Under the pieces are notes generated by a model. The model worked only from the letters and a program-made list of their open reading frames with translations, searched no databases and had not been told where the DNA came from. The translations under genes and the position numbers were made by a program. Positions 29,070 through 37,617 of a stretch of 64,000 nt of DNA are shown piece by piece. Position 1 is the first letter of the stretch, and each line of letters starts with the position of its first letter. Source of the stretch: Granulicella sp. GTDB taxonomy: Bacteria; Acidobacteriota; Terriglobia; Terriglobales; Acidobacteriaceae. The stretch lies in NCBI GenBank assembly GCA_965198515.1, contig CBDAPO010000005.1, forward strand, positions 240,896 through 304,895. The letters run 5' to 3'.

Positions 29070-30401
29070 CTAGCCTGCCACAGCTCTGCGCCGAAGCACC
29101 ATGACCGTTTCGAGGTGGTACGTCTGCGGAAACAGGTCCACCATGTGCAGTTCTGCGACATCGTACTCTGCCGCCAGCACCGTCAGATCGCGCGCCAACG
29201 TCGTTGGGTCACAAGAGACGTACACAATTTCCCTTGGAGCGAGGCGCCGCAACAGCGTGCAGGCCTCTTCGCCTGCCCCTGCCCGTGGGGGATCCAGCAC
29301 AATCAGCTCCGGGCGCTCGCGCTGCAGAACGGCTTTACGCAGAAAGGCCAGCGTCGTCTCCTGCACCGCAGCGTCGCCAGGCCGCAGGCCCCGGCGCAAC
29401 TCTTCCGCGGCAATCGGGCTTGCCTCGACCGCAGTCACCTGGGCGAAGCGCTGCGCCAGCGTGCGCGCAAACAGTCCGACCCCGGCAAACAAGTCCCAGG
29501 CCAGCGCGCCGCTCCGTTGCCCGCAAACCTGCTCTACCATCCGCGGCACCAGGAACCGGTTCACCTGAAAGAAGCTGCCGCGCCTGAGCCAAAAGCTGTG
29601 TTTCCCGACGCGGTACGCCAGGCCATCCGGCCCCCAGCCAGCAAGGGCCTCCAACGCGCGTCCGGACGCAACATGAAGACGCGATGCGCCCACCGACACC
29701 AGCGGCACGCCCGCCGCCACCACGCGCTGGGCCGTTCGCTCCAGGGCACCCTTGCGCTGCGGCACCGGCCCTGGGCAAAGCAGGTGCACCTGCACCTTGC
29801 TCGCGTCCGCATCGCAGAGAATCTCGACTTCGGCGGCGGCGTGCATCCACTCTGCCGCATCCCGGTCTGCCGCGGCTGCTTGCATCAGCGCCTCCGCACA
29901 GTGCCACAGCACAGGGGCAGCGATGGGGCACATCGTCACTGGCAGAAAATCATTGCTGCCCCGAAGGCTGTACCCAAGCTGCACCCCATTGTCCGCCTTG
30001 CGCACCCGTAGCCGAATGCGATTGCGATACCCATACGGCTCGGGCGAACCCCACACGCGGAGCTCCGGCAACACCGTCTCCGAGGCGCGGGCAAGGCTTT
30101 CCCTCAGGATGGCCGCCTTCATGGTGAGCTGCTCCTCATAGCTCGCCATCTGGTACTGGCATCCGCCGCAAACCCCGAAGTGGACGCAACGGGGAGCCAC
30201 ACGGTGGATTGAGGGTTCAAGAATCTGCAGCGCTTCGGTGCCTTGGTCTGAGACGCCCCTATCCGTGACCAGTTCGCCCGGCACGGTGAAAGGCAGGAAG
30301 CGGACTTGCCCAGCAGAGGTGCGGGCCAGACCATCGCCGCCGTACACGGCCTTCTCGATGCGCAACGGCGCCGTTGTTGCGTCGGCATTCTCGTTAGTCA
30401 T
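29070..30401 (-). CDS. rlmD: 23S rRNA m5U methyltransferase (RlmD/RumA family)
   Basis: CVHFGVCGGCQYQ Fe-S motif, DLFAGVG, LDPPRAG, YVSCDP, DLFPQTYHLE. Confidence 0.9.
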   Translation of the reverse strand: MTNENADATTAPLRIEKAVYGGDGLARTSAGQVRFLPFTVPGELVTDRGVSDQGTEALQILEPSIHRVAPRCVHFGVCGGCQYQMASYEEQLTMKAAILRESLARASETVLPELRVWGSPEPYGYRNRIRLRVRKADNGVQLGYSLRGSNDFLPVTMCPIAAPVLWHCAEALMQAAAADRDAAEWMHAAAEVEILCDADASKVQVHLLCPGPVPQRKGALERTAQRVVAAGVPLVSVGASRLHVASGRALEALAGWGPDGLAYRVGKHSFWLRRGSFFQVNRFLVPRMVEQVCGQRSGALAWDLFAGVGLFARTLAQRFAQVTAVEASPIAAEELRRGLRPGDAAVQETTLAFLRKAVLQRERPELIVLDPPRAGAGEEACTLLRRLAPREIVYVSCDPTTLARDLTVLAAEYDVAELHMVDLFPQTYHLETVMVLRRRAVAG

Positions 30402-31167
30402 GCGTCGGCTCCGAACCTGGCTGCGTGTCCTCACCAGCTTCGTCGAGCGGCATGTAAAACAGGCTTAGCCGCGGCAGATGACGAGCTTCAAACAGCCGTT
30501 TGTGGACAAACTGGTCGCGCACCTGACGCAGTTGCACGGCACCCATCCTGGCCCGGTACGGCGCGAGTTCCCGCTCTGCCGCTTCGCGCGCTCCAAGCAA
30601 CTCATCTTCCGGCAGACTCGCAAGCAACGACGCCTGCATACGCTCTTCCAACACGGTAAGCGTTCGGTCAAGTTCATCCAGCGCGGGATGGGCACTCGAG
30701 CGAACTTCGGCGGCGAGTTCGCGCAAGCGTTGAGCGACCTCACCGGACGTCTGCAGCCACAGCGCTGAGCGCTGCTCGCCGGGGTTGGACGTACTCTCCA
30801 GCGCGGCCGCATTGGCCTCCAGAAAGCGGCTCACGCGCTCGGCTTCAAAGCCGCTCTCACGAGGCATCTCGTCTGCCACAGGCCGGCCCCCGACCGAGGC
30901 CTCAGTCATCTCCGTCGCGGCATCCATCACGGCTTGCGCGCACCACGCCAGGCCGTTCACCTTGGCCAACCTTCCTTTGGCACGTGCCTTGCGGGCGTCG
31001 TGTTTGTCGAACGCTGCATCGATGCCCCGCAACACAGCAGCGAGCGGAACACCGGCTTCACGCCATGTCTCGATCAAGGCCCAATCCAGCGTCGACAACA
31101 GCAGGATTGATCCCCTGCGAGCAGTGAAACGCTCCTCGATCTCGCTGAAATATTCGAAGTGATTCAT
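30394..31167 (-). CDS. Hypothetical protein, possible DnaD-like N-terminal domain
   Basis: LSTLDWALIETWREAGVPLAAVLRGIDAAF; overlaps rlmD start by 8 nt. Confidence 0.75.
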   Translation of the reverse strand: MNHFEYFSEIEERFTARRGSILLLSTLDWALIETWREAGVPLAAVLRGIDAAFDKHDARKARAKGRLAKVNGLAWCAQAVMDAATEMTEASVGGRPVADEMPRESGFEAERVSRFLEANAAALESTSNPGEQRSALWLQTSGEVAQRLRELAAEVRSSAHPALDELDRTLTVLEERMQASLLASLPEDELLGAREAAERELAPYRARMGAVQLRQVRDQFVHKRLFEARHLPRLSLFYMPLDEAGEDTQPGSEPTHD

Positions 31168-31212
31168 ACCCACCATGGCGCGCTCACCGGAAAACGGGGA
31201 AAGCCAGCATCG

Positions 31213-32019
31213 CTACTTGCGGTGCACGCTGCGTGTGCGATCGTGGTTTCTTTCCCAAATCAGGCGCAGGCCGTTCAGCGTCAACATTGGCTCTACATTC
31301 TGCACATATTTGCAGTCCGGCGCGATCAGCTTGGCCAGCCCGCCCGTTGCAACGGTCTTGGTCTCCGGCCCAAGCTCCTGGATCATGCGCTCCAGGATGC
31401 CGTCCACCAGGCCGATGTAGCCGTAGTACAGCCCAATCTGGATGTTGTCGGTTGTGTTGGTGCCGATGATCTTGGGCGGCTTCTTAATTTCCACGCGGGT
31501 CAGCCGTGCAGCGCGCGCAAACAGCGCTTCCGCGGAGATCCCGAGCCCGGGCGCGATGGCACCGCCCAGAAACTCGCCGCGACGCGATACCACGTCGAAG
31601 GTCGTGGCCGTACCCAGGTCGACCACGATGGAAGGTCCCCCGAATAGCTCAAACGCGGCCACGCAATTGACAATGCGGTCAGCGCCGGCTTCGTTCGGGT
31701 TGTCCGTCAGCACGGGCACACCGGTCTTGACGCCCGGTTCCACAAATAGGGCACGAACGTTAAAGGTGGTCTCGCAGATGCGGCGCAGCGTCGGATCCAG
31801 CGGCGGTACAACGGAGGAGATTGCAACGCCCGTGACATCACTCGTCTTCAGGCCGCGCATGGCAAACAGTGTCCCGAGCAGAACGCTGACTTCATCTGCG
31901 GTTTGCCGGTAAGGCGTGGTGATGCGCCAATCGGCAACAACCCGGGATTCGCCGCTTTCTGTGCGGTCGAACAGCCCCATCACTGTGTTTGAATTGCCAA
32001 CGTCCAGCGCTAAAAGCAT
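31213..32019 (-). CDS. coaX: Type III pantothenate kinase
   Basis: LDVGNS, GADR, VDLGTATTF, GGAIAPG. Confidence 0.95.
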   Translation of the reverse strand: MLLALDVGNSNTVMGLFDRTESGESRVVADWRITTPYRQTADEVSVLLGTLFAMRGLKTSDVTGVAISSVVPPLDPTLRRICETTFNVRALFVEPGVKTGVPVLTDNPNEAGADRIVNCVAAFELFGGPSIVVDLGTATTFDVVSRRGEFLGGAIAPGLGISAEALFARAARLTRVEIKKPPKIIGTNTTDNIQIGLYYGYIGLVDGILERMIQELGPETKTVATGGLAKLIAPDCKYVQNVEPMLTLNGLRLIWERNHDRTRSVHRK

Positions 32020-32049
32020 CCTGCCTAATCCAATCGCAAAAGTCGGCAG

Positions 32050-32892
32050 CTAGTACTCGCGAACACCGCCGGAGCGTACCGTTCGGCGCACTCCGTCGTC
32101 GCTGTCCACCAGCAAGAATCCACGTGCATCCAACCCGGCCGTGACGCCAGTATAGCCGCCCTCTTCGGGCACCTGGACGCGCTTGCCATGGAGCCATGTG
32201 GAGGCCTCCTGCAGGCGTGACAGCACCGCTGCACCCTGCTGGCGACCGGCGTAGGCCTCTTCCAGTTTTTGCACGTTCAGGCAAAGGTGATCGAGCAGCG
32301 CAATCACAAGCGGCTGCCGGTCAGGCAGCTGCCAGCCTTCCAGAAAAAGCGACGTCGCGAGGTCTCGTAGCTCAGGAGGGAAGTTGCGATGCGCCACGTT
32401 GATTCCTACACCGATGACGGCATAGCGCAGCATCGCCTCGTTCTGCCCTCCGGGTGCAGTCACGGCGGCTTCCACCAGGACGCCGCCCAGCTTGCGGCTG
32501 CCGCGTACATCGCGCGTCACCAGGTCATTGGGCCAGCGGATATCGGCGGTGATCCCGGTTACTTCGCGCACTGCGTCCCACGCGGCAAGGCCCGCGGCCA
32601 GCGACAGGTCGAACGCGGTGGCCGGCAGACGTGGCGAGAACAACGCGCTGACATACAAACCGTCACCGGGAGCCGACAGCCACGTGTGTCCCCCACGGCC
32701 ACGGCCCGCCGTCTGTGCGTCTGCCACCCAAACGCCATGCGTCTGCCCGGACTGTGCTGCCGCCAGGGCGAGATCGTTAGTAGAGTGCGTCTCCGCGAGG
32801 TGATGCACACCGCCGCCCAGGACCGTGTGTTGCAGGGCTGCGCGCAGCTCCGTGGCATCGATCGTATTGCCTTGTCGCACGCTGGTCGGCAT
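32050..32892 (-). CDS. birA: Biotin-protein ligase without HTH
   Basis: STND, QTAGRGRGG, RWPND, KLGGVL, GVGIN; start set at ATG 32892. Confidence 0.93.
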   Translation of the reverse strand: MPTSVRQGNTIDATELRAALQHTVLGGGVHHLAETHSTNDLALAAAQSGQTHGVWVADAQTAGRGRGGHTWLSAPGDGLYVSALFSPRLPATAFDLSLAAGLAAWDAVREVTGITADIRWPNDLVTRDVRGSRKLGGVLVEAAVTAPGGQNEAMLRYAVIGVGINVAHRNFPPELRDLATSLFLEGWQLPDRQPLVIALLDHLCLNVQKLEEAYAGRQQGAAVLSRLQEASTWLHGKRVQVPEEGGYTGVTAGLDARGFLLVDSDDGVRRTVRSGGVREY

Positions 32893-32954
32893 CAACTTCG
32901 ATCCTAACGCGCTCGTCCAGCGTAAATGCGCATCCAATCTCCAACAGCGCTCCT

Positions 32955-33389
32955 TTGTACGCACGCATGCCGACAGAACTGACCAGCCCACTCACGCATC
33001 AGGCCGCCATGTTGATCATCGTTGCGCTTCCGGTTGCCTGCGCGGCCTGGACCGTAACGCACGAAGAAGTCTTTCGCGAGCCCCGGGAGTTCTGCAAAGA
33101 GAAGAGCCAGACCAGCAAGGCATTGCCCAAGCGCAAATTCTTCTACCTGTTCACGTGTGAGTACTGTTTTTCCCATTATGTTTCCGCGCTGGCGTTGATC
33201 CTCTTTCAGTTTCGGTTGCTCTATGACGGTTGGCGTGGATATGTGGTCGCCTGGTTTGCGGTAGTGTGGGTGGCTAACTTCTACATGAGCCTCTACAACC
33301 GCTTACGCCTGGATATCAAACACGAGAACGTCTCGATCGCGGTAGAGCAGACGGCGTTGCCGGACGGCTCACCGCAGGCCTCGAAGTAG
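32955..33389 (+). CDS. Small membrane protein with CxxC (DUF1360-like); start may be ATG 32967
   Basis: Three hydrophobic segments and FTCEYCFSHYV. Confidence 0.75.
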   Translation: MYARMPTELTSPLTHQAAMLIIVALPVACAAWTVTHEEVFREPREFCKEKSQTSKALPKRKFFYLFTCEYCFSHYVSALALILFQFRLLYDGWRGYVVAWFAVVWVANFYMSLYNRLRLDIKHENVSIAVEQTALPDGSPQASK

Positions 33390-33452
33390 GCTGCGGCTTC
33401 CAGCTAACGCGGTCCATGGTCCCGCCATCTGAAGGCAGGAGAGGATGCACGG

Positions 33453-33749
33453 ATGGCAGCAGACGACACAACGCAGCAACCGCCGCAGGAGCCACGCGGC
33501 TTTGGGGAGCGCACCCGCGGTCTCGCGGGCGAGTATGCCCATGAGCAGGGCTGGGGCCTGGATGTGGAAGAGCGCACCAAGCAGCCGGACGCACCGCAGG
33601 ATATCGATGGCGGTACAGATTACGAGTACGGCGCACAGGACTTTGGCGACGTCCCCGTGAACACCTCGATTCCCCTGGAAGAACGCGACCGTACTCAGAA
33701 CACAACAGCGTCGCCGACGAAGGCAGAGGGTGAGGAGCAAAAGGGATGA
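33453..33749 (+). CDS. Small acidic hydrophilic protein
   Basis: AGGAGAGG RBS; 98 aa, D/E/Q-rich. Confidence 0.8.
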   Translation: MAADDTTQQPPQEPRGFGERTRGLAGEYAHEQGWGLDVEERTKQPDAPQDIDGGTDYEYGAQDFGDVPVNTSIPLEERDRTQNTTASPTKAEGEEQKG

Positions 33750-33901
33750 CCGACCTTACCGACAACAAAGCCGTGCGGCAGGACCACGAAGTGAAGCTTC
33801 ATGGGGATGAACTGGCAAGGGCCCTGAAGCCGACCGAGGACACACCTCAGCCGAGCACAGAAACCAACGTCGCAAACAGCGGCACAGCAGCAAAGGAGTA
33901 A
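33746..33901 (+). CDS. 51-aa hydrophilic protein absent from the ORF track
   Basis: ATGA overlap with upstream stop; MTDLTDNKAVRQDHEVKLHGDELARALKPTEDTPQPSTETNVANSGTAAKE; its end supplies the AAGGAG RBS of the next gene. Confidence 0.75.
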   Translation: MTDLTDNKAVRQDHEVKLHGDELARALKPTEDTPQPSTETNVANSGTAAKE

Positions 33902-33903
33902 GC

Positions 33904-34194
33904 ATGTCGAACGAAAGCAATCAGCACGCCAGCAAGGATTCCCTCGCGGCCATGCGCGAGAACGATACCCACACTACCGGCAGCAATGATGCTGTACCCG
34001 GCGCAGGAACTCTGCATGCGCATTCGCCGGCCGCCCACGAGGGTGGAGCACACCCGGATACAAAGCCAGCTGAGGACGACCGCACCCGCATCGTCGACCT
34101 GGAACTCGCGTCGCACCGGCTCAACCGTGGCCAGGACAGCAACCGCGGCGCAGGTCGTGGCTTGCGCGGAGACTCTGGAACTCGCGGCGAGTAA
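33904..34194 (+). CDS. Small hydrophilic His/Asp-rich protein
   Basis: AAGGAG RBS; 96 aa; followed by terminator. Confidence 0.8.
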   Translation: MSNESNQHASKDSLAAMRENDTHTTGSNDAVPGAGTLHAHSPAAHEGGAHPDTKPAEDDRTRIVDLELASHRLNRGQDSNRGAGRGLRGDSGTRGE

Positions 34195-34218
34195 GCCGTG
34201 GCGGAACGATCAGAGCGA

Positions 34219-34252
34219 AGGGCGCTGCGAATGCAGCGCCCTGTTTCTTGTT
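34219..34252 (+). terminator. Intrinsic terminator
   Basis: AGGGCGCTGC-GAAT-GCAGCGCCCT (10-bp stem) followed by GTTTCTTGTTT. Confidence 0.85.
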
Positions 34253-34276
34253 TCATCGGACCATTTTGCTGAAGGC

Positions 34277-34645
34277 CTACGCCTTATGCCCCGTGAGGTT
34301 GACGCCCTGTTGCGCATCGGGGCGGTCTGCGACGACCTTCTCGTTGCGTTCGCTCTCTTCAGTGGCTGAGTGGTTCGTTACACCCTGTAGATCGCTGTGC
34401 GGTGTGCGCGTGTTCACTTTGCCGCTCCCGGCGAAGTCCTGCCCAACGGTGTTGGTCAGGTCGTCATCGCTCGCATTCGCATTGAAGGCCCGTGTGCCTC
34501 CGGTCTGGGCGCCGTCCATGTTCTGGTAAAGCTCTGCATCCTGGTCCTGTCCGCTCTCCTGCGCAGCCTGATTGGGTTCGAGGTCGGCCTGGGTTGCGGG
34601 GGTGTCCTGCTGGGTCTGGGTGTGCGGTGTGGTCTGGATAGCCAT
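34277..34645 (-). CDS. Small acidic Q/D/T-rich protein
   Basis: GAGGAG RBS; 122 aa; no Cys or Trp. Confidence 0.8.
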   Translation of the reverse strand: MAIQTTPHTQTQQDTPATQADLEPNQAAQESGQDQDAELYQNMDGAQTGGTRAFNANASDDDLTNTVGQDFAGSGKVNTRTPHSDLQGVTNHSATEESERNEKVVADRPDAQQGVNLTGHKA

Positions 34646-34715
34646 TGATGATCTCCTCGCTCCGGTAAGACGCCCTTATCGCGAATCAGGGTGTCTTTAC
34701 CGGAGTTTCTGGAGC

Positions 34716-37533
34716 TCAGGACTTGGTCTCGTCCAGCGCGGCGAGCGCCTCCCTCGGCTTTCTCCTTGAGGGCGCGCGTCTCAACGGCCTGCTCCTTCAG
34801 GCCTTCCACGATGTGGGCCGGAGCTTTCGCCAGAAAGCTCTCGCTGCCGAGCTGTTTCTCAGCCGACTGCAGGCCTTTGTCAAGCCTCGCAATCTCCTTG
34901 CTAAGCCGCTCGCGTTCGGCGGCTACATCGATCTGGCGTTCGTAGACAACAGCAACATCGAAAGCAGCCGTCGACCGTGTATTGTTCCCGGTAAGCGGCG
35001 TGCCGATTAACTCCACGCTGCTGACGCGTGCCAACCGCGCGAGCAGATCCTGGTGAGCATCCGCAAGTGCGGCGACACGATTGGAAGCATGCACCTGGAT
35101 CGGCGTTGATTCCTTCTCCGGCACCCCAAGTTCTTTGCGCAGCCCACGTACCGTGACGACCATCTCCTGCAATGTCTCCATTGCTCCCACGCTCGCGTCG
35201 TCCGCGGGGAAGTCTCCGGGCTGCGGATAGCGGGTGAGCGCAATCGACTTCGCCGGCACCTGCAGGTTCAGCTGAAGATGCAGCGCGTGCCAAAGCTCCT
35301 CGGTGAGGAACGGCATGAACGGGGAAAGAAGGCGCAACGCCGCCTCAAACACACTGACCAGCGCGCCGAGCGTAAAGGCCGTGCCGAAGTTGTTTTCGGC
35401 GGTGAAGTCGAGTCGCAACTTCACGAGCTCCACGTACCAATCGCAGAACTCACCCCAGAAGAACTGGTACACGGCGCTGGCGGCTTCGTCGAAGCGGTAA
35501 TCCGTGAGCGAGCGCCCCACGCTGGCCGTGACCGCATGCAGGCGCGCAAAGATCCACCGCGTCTCCAGGGGCGTATCCGGCAGCAACACCATGCGGCTTA
35601 CCTGGGCCTCCGCGAGCGGCGAACGCAACGTCACACGGTAGCCTGCGTCGCGTCCACGTTCAACCTGCATGGCGAGGAACCGTGCCGCATTCCAGATCTT
35701 GTTTGCAAACGCGCGGTAGCCTTCCGTGCGCCCTTCGCTGAAGGCGATGTCGGTACCCGGCGAGGCCTGCGACGCCAGCGTGAAGCGCACCGCGTCGGTG
35801 CCGTACTGGCTGATGATCGCAATCGGATCGATGACATTGCCCTTGGTCTTCGACATCTTTTCGCGGTTGGCATCACGGATCAGCCCGTGGATGTACACAT
35901 CGCGGAAGGGAACCGTATCGGCCAGCGCGCGCTTTGTTCCGTCGGGCAAAGGAACATCGGTCATCAGGTGACAGCCCAGCATGATCATCCGAGCCACCCA
36001 GAAGAACAGGATGTCGAAGCCGGTGACCAGCAGGTCGGTTGGATAGAACGCAGCGAGGTCCGGCGTCAACGCATCCGTTCCGTCCCAGCCGAACACGGTG
36101 AAGGGCAGCAGCCCTGAGCTGAACCAGGTGTCCAGCACATCGGTCTCCTGCTTGATGTCGGTGATGCCGCATCCGTGGCAATTGCCCGGGGGCTCGACTG
36201 AGACCGTCGTCTTGCCGCACGCGCCGCAGTGCCATGCCGGGATGCGATGCCCCCACCACAACTGCCGCGACAGGCACCAGTCATGCAGGTTGTTCATCCA
36301 CTCGAAGTACGTTTTGGCGTAGTTGTCGGGCGTGAATTTCACGTGGCCGTCACGCACGGCAGCAATGGCCTTGGCCGCGATGCTTTCGCCGTCGGGCTGG
36401 CCGTCGACAAGGGGCTGCTTGTTCACCGCAAGGAACCACTGCATGGAGAGGCGCGGCTCGATCGTTGCGCCCGTGCGCTGACTTGTCGCCACGGCCATCG
36501 CATGGTCCTTCACGGCCACCAACGAGTCCTGTTCTTCGAGGTCTGCAACGATGCGTTCGCGCGCTTCGTAGCGATCCATGCCGTCATAGGGCGAGCCCGG
36601 CAGCTTGATGCGTGCCTGTTCGTCCATGATGTTCAGCTGCGGCAAGTTGTGCCGCTGCCCCACGGCAAAGTCATTGGGATCATGCGCGGGCGTGATCTTC
36701 ACCGCACCGGTACCAAACTCCGGGCTCGCCCAGTCATCGGCGATCACGGGGATTTCGCGGTGCACCAGCGGCAGCATCAGCATCTTGCCGATAAAGCCCT
36801 TGTAGCGTTCATCCTCAGGGTTGACCGCAACGGCCACGTCGCCCAGCATCGTTTCCGGCCGCGTGGTCGCAATGGTGATGGACCCGGAGCCGTCTGCCAG
36901 CGGATAGCGAATCTCATACAGCTTGCCCTGGCGCTCTTCGTGCACCACTTCAAGATCACTGACCGCGCTTTGCAGTTGCGGATCCCAGTTGACGATATAG
37001 GCGCCGCGGTAGATGAGCCCCTGATCCCACAAGCGCACAAAGGCCTCGCGCACGGCCAGGCTCAGTCGGTCGTCCATGGTGAAGTACTCACGCGTCCAAT
37101 CGACGCTCGCGCCCAGGCGCCGCATCTGCTCGGTGATCGCGCCGCCGTACTCCTTCTTCCAGCACCACACACGCTCTGTGAAGGCTTCGCGGCCAAGCTC
37201 CTGCCGTGTCGGGCCGCCTTCGGCCTTCAGCTGGCGCTCCACCATCATCTGCGTGGCGATGCCTGCGTGATCGGTGCCCGGCACCCACACGCTCCGCTCG
37301 CCCAGCATGCGGTGCCAGCGGGCCAGGATGTCCATCTCCGTCTGGTTGAGCATGTGGCCCATGTGCAGACGGCCGGTGACGTTGGGCGGTGGCAGCAGTT
37401 GCACAAAGGCCTTCGCTGCGGCGGCAGCTTCCGCACCGGTTTCTACTGCAAACAACTTCTCTTCAATCCAGTAACGCGCCCATTTTTCTTCAATCGCCGC
37501 GGGATCGTACGCCTTGGGTAGCTCAGAACTCAT
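34716..37533 (-). CDS. valS: Valine-tRNA ligase with a +1 frameshift near its C-terminus (as-read ORF runs to 34456)
   Basis: PPPNVTGRLHMGH (HIGH), KMSKTKGN, DVLDTWFSS; removing one G at 34751-34753 gives KAEEALAALDETKS-stop at 34716. Confidence 0.95.
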
Positions 37534-37543
37534 AACCCTTCAA

Positions 37544-37590
37544 GCCTAGCAGGGCGCACGAACCATGGAGTACCGCGCGCCCTGCTAGGC
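37544..37590. other. Perfect 14-bp hairpin between TBDR stop and valS start
   Basis: GCCTAGCAGGGCGC (37544-37557) / GCGCCCTGCTAGGC (37577-37590), 19-nt loop. Confidence 0.8.
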
Positions 37591-37617
37591 CGAAAGAGTT
37601 CCCAAATCCGCCAGCGG

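Noticed and set aside
34456-34715. C-terminal extension of ValS as a genuine domain
   Set aside because: Arises from a single extra base, is low-complexity, and overlaps a gene that has its own RBS.
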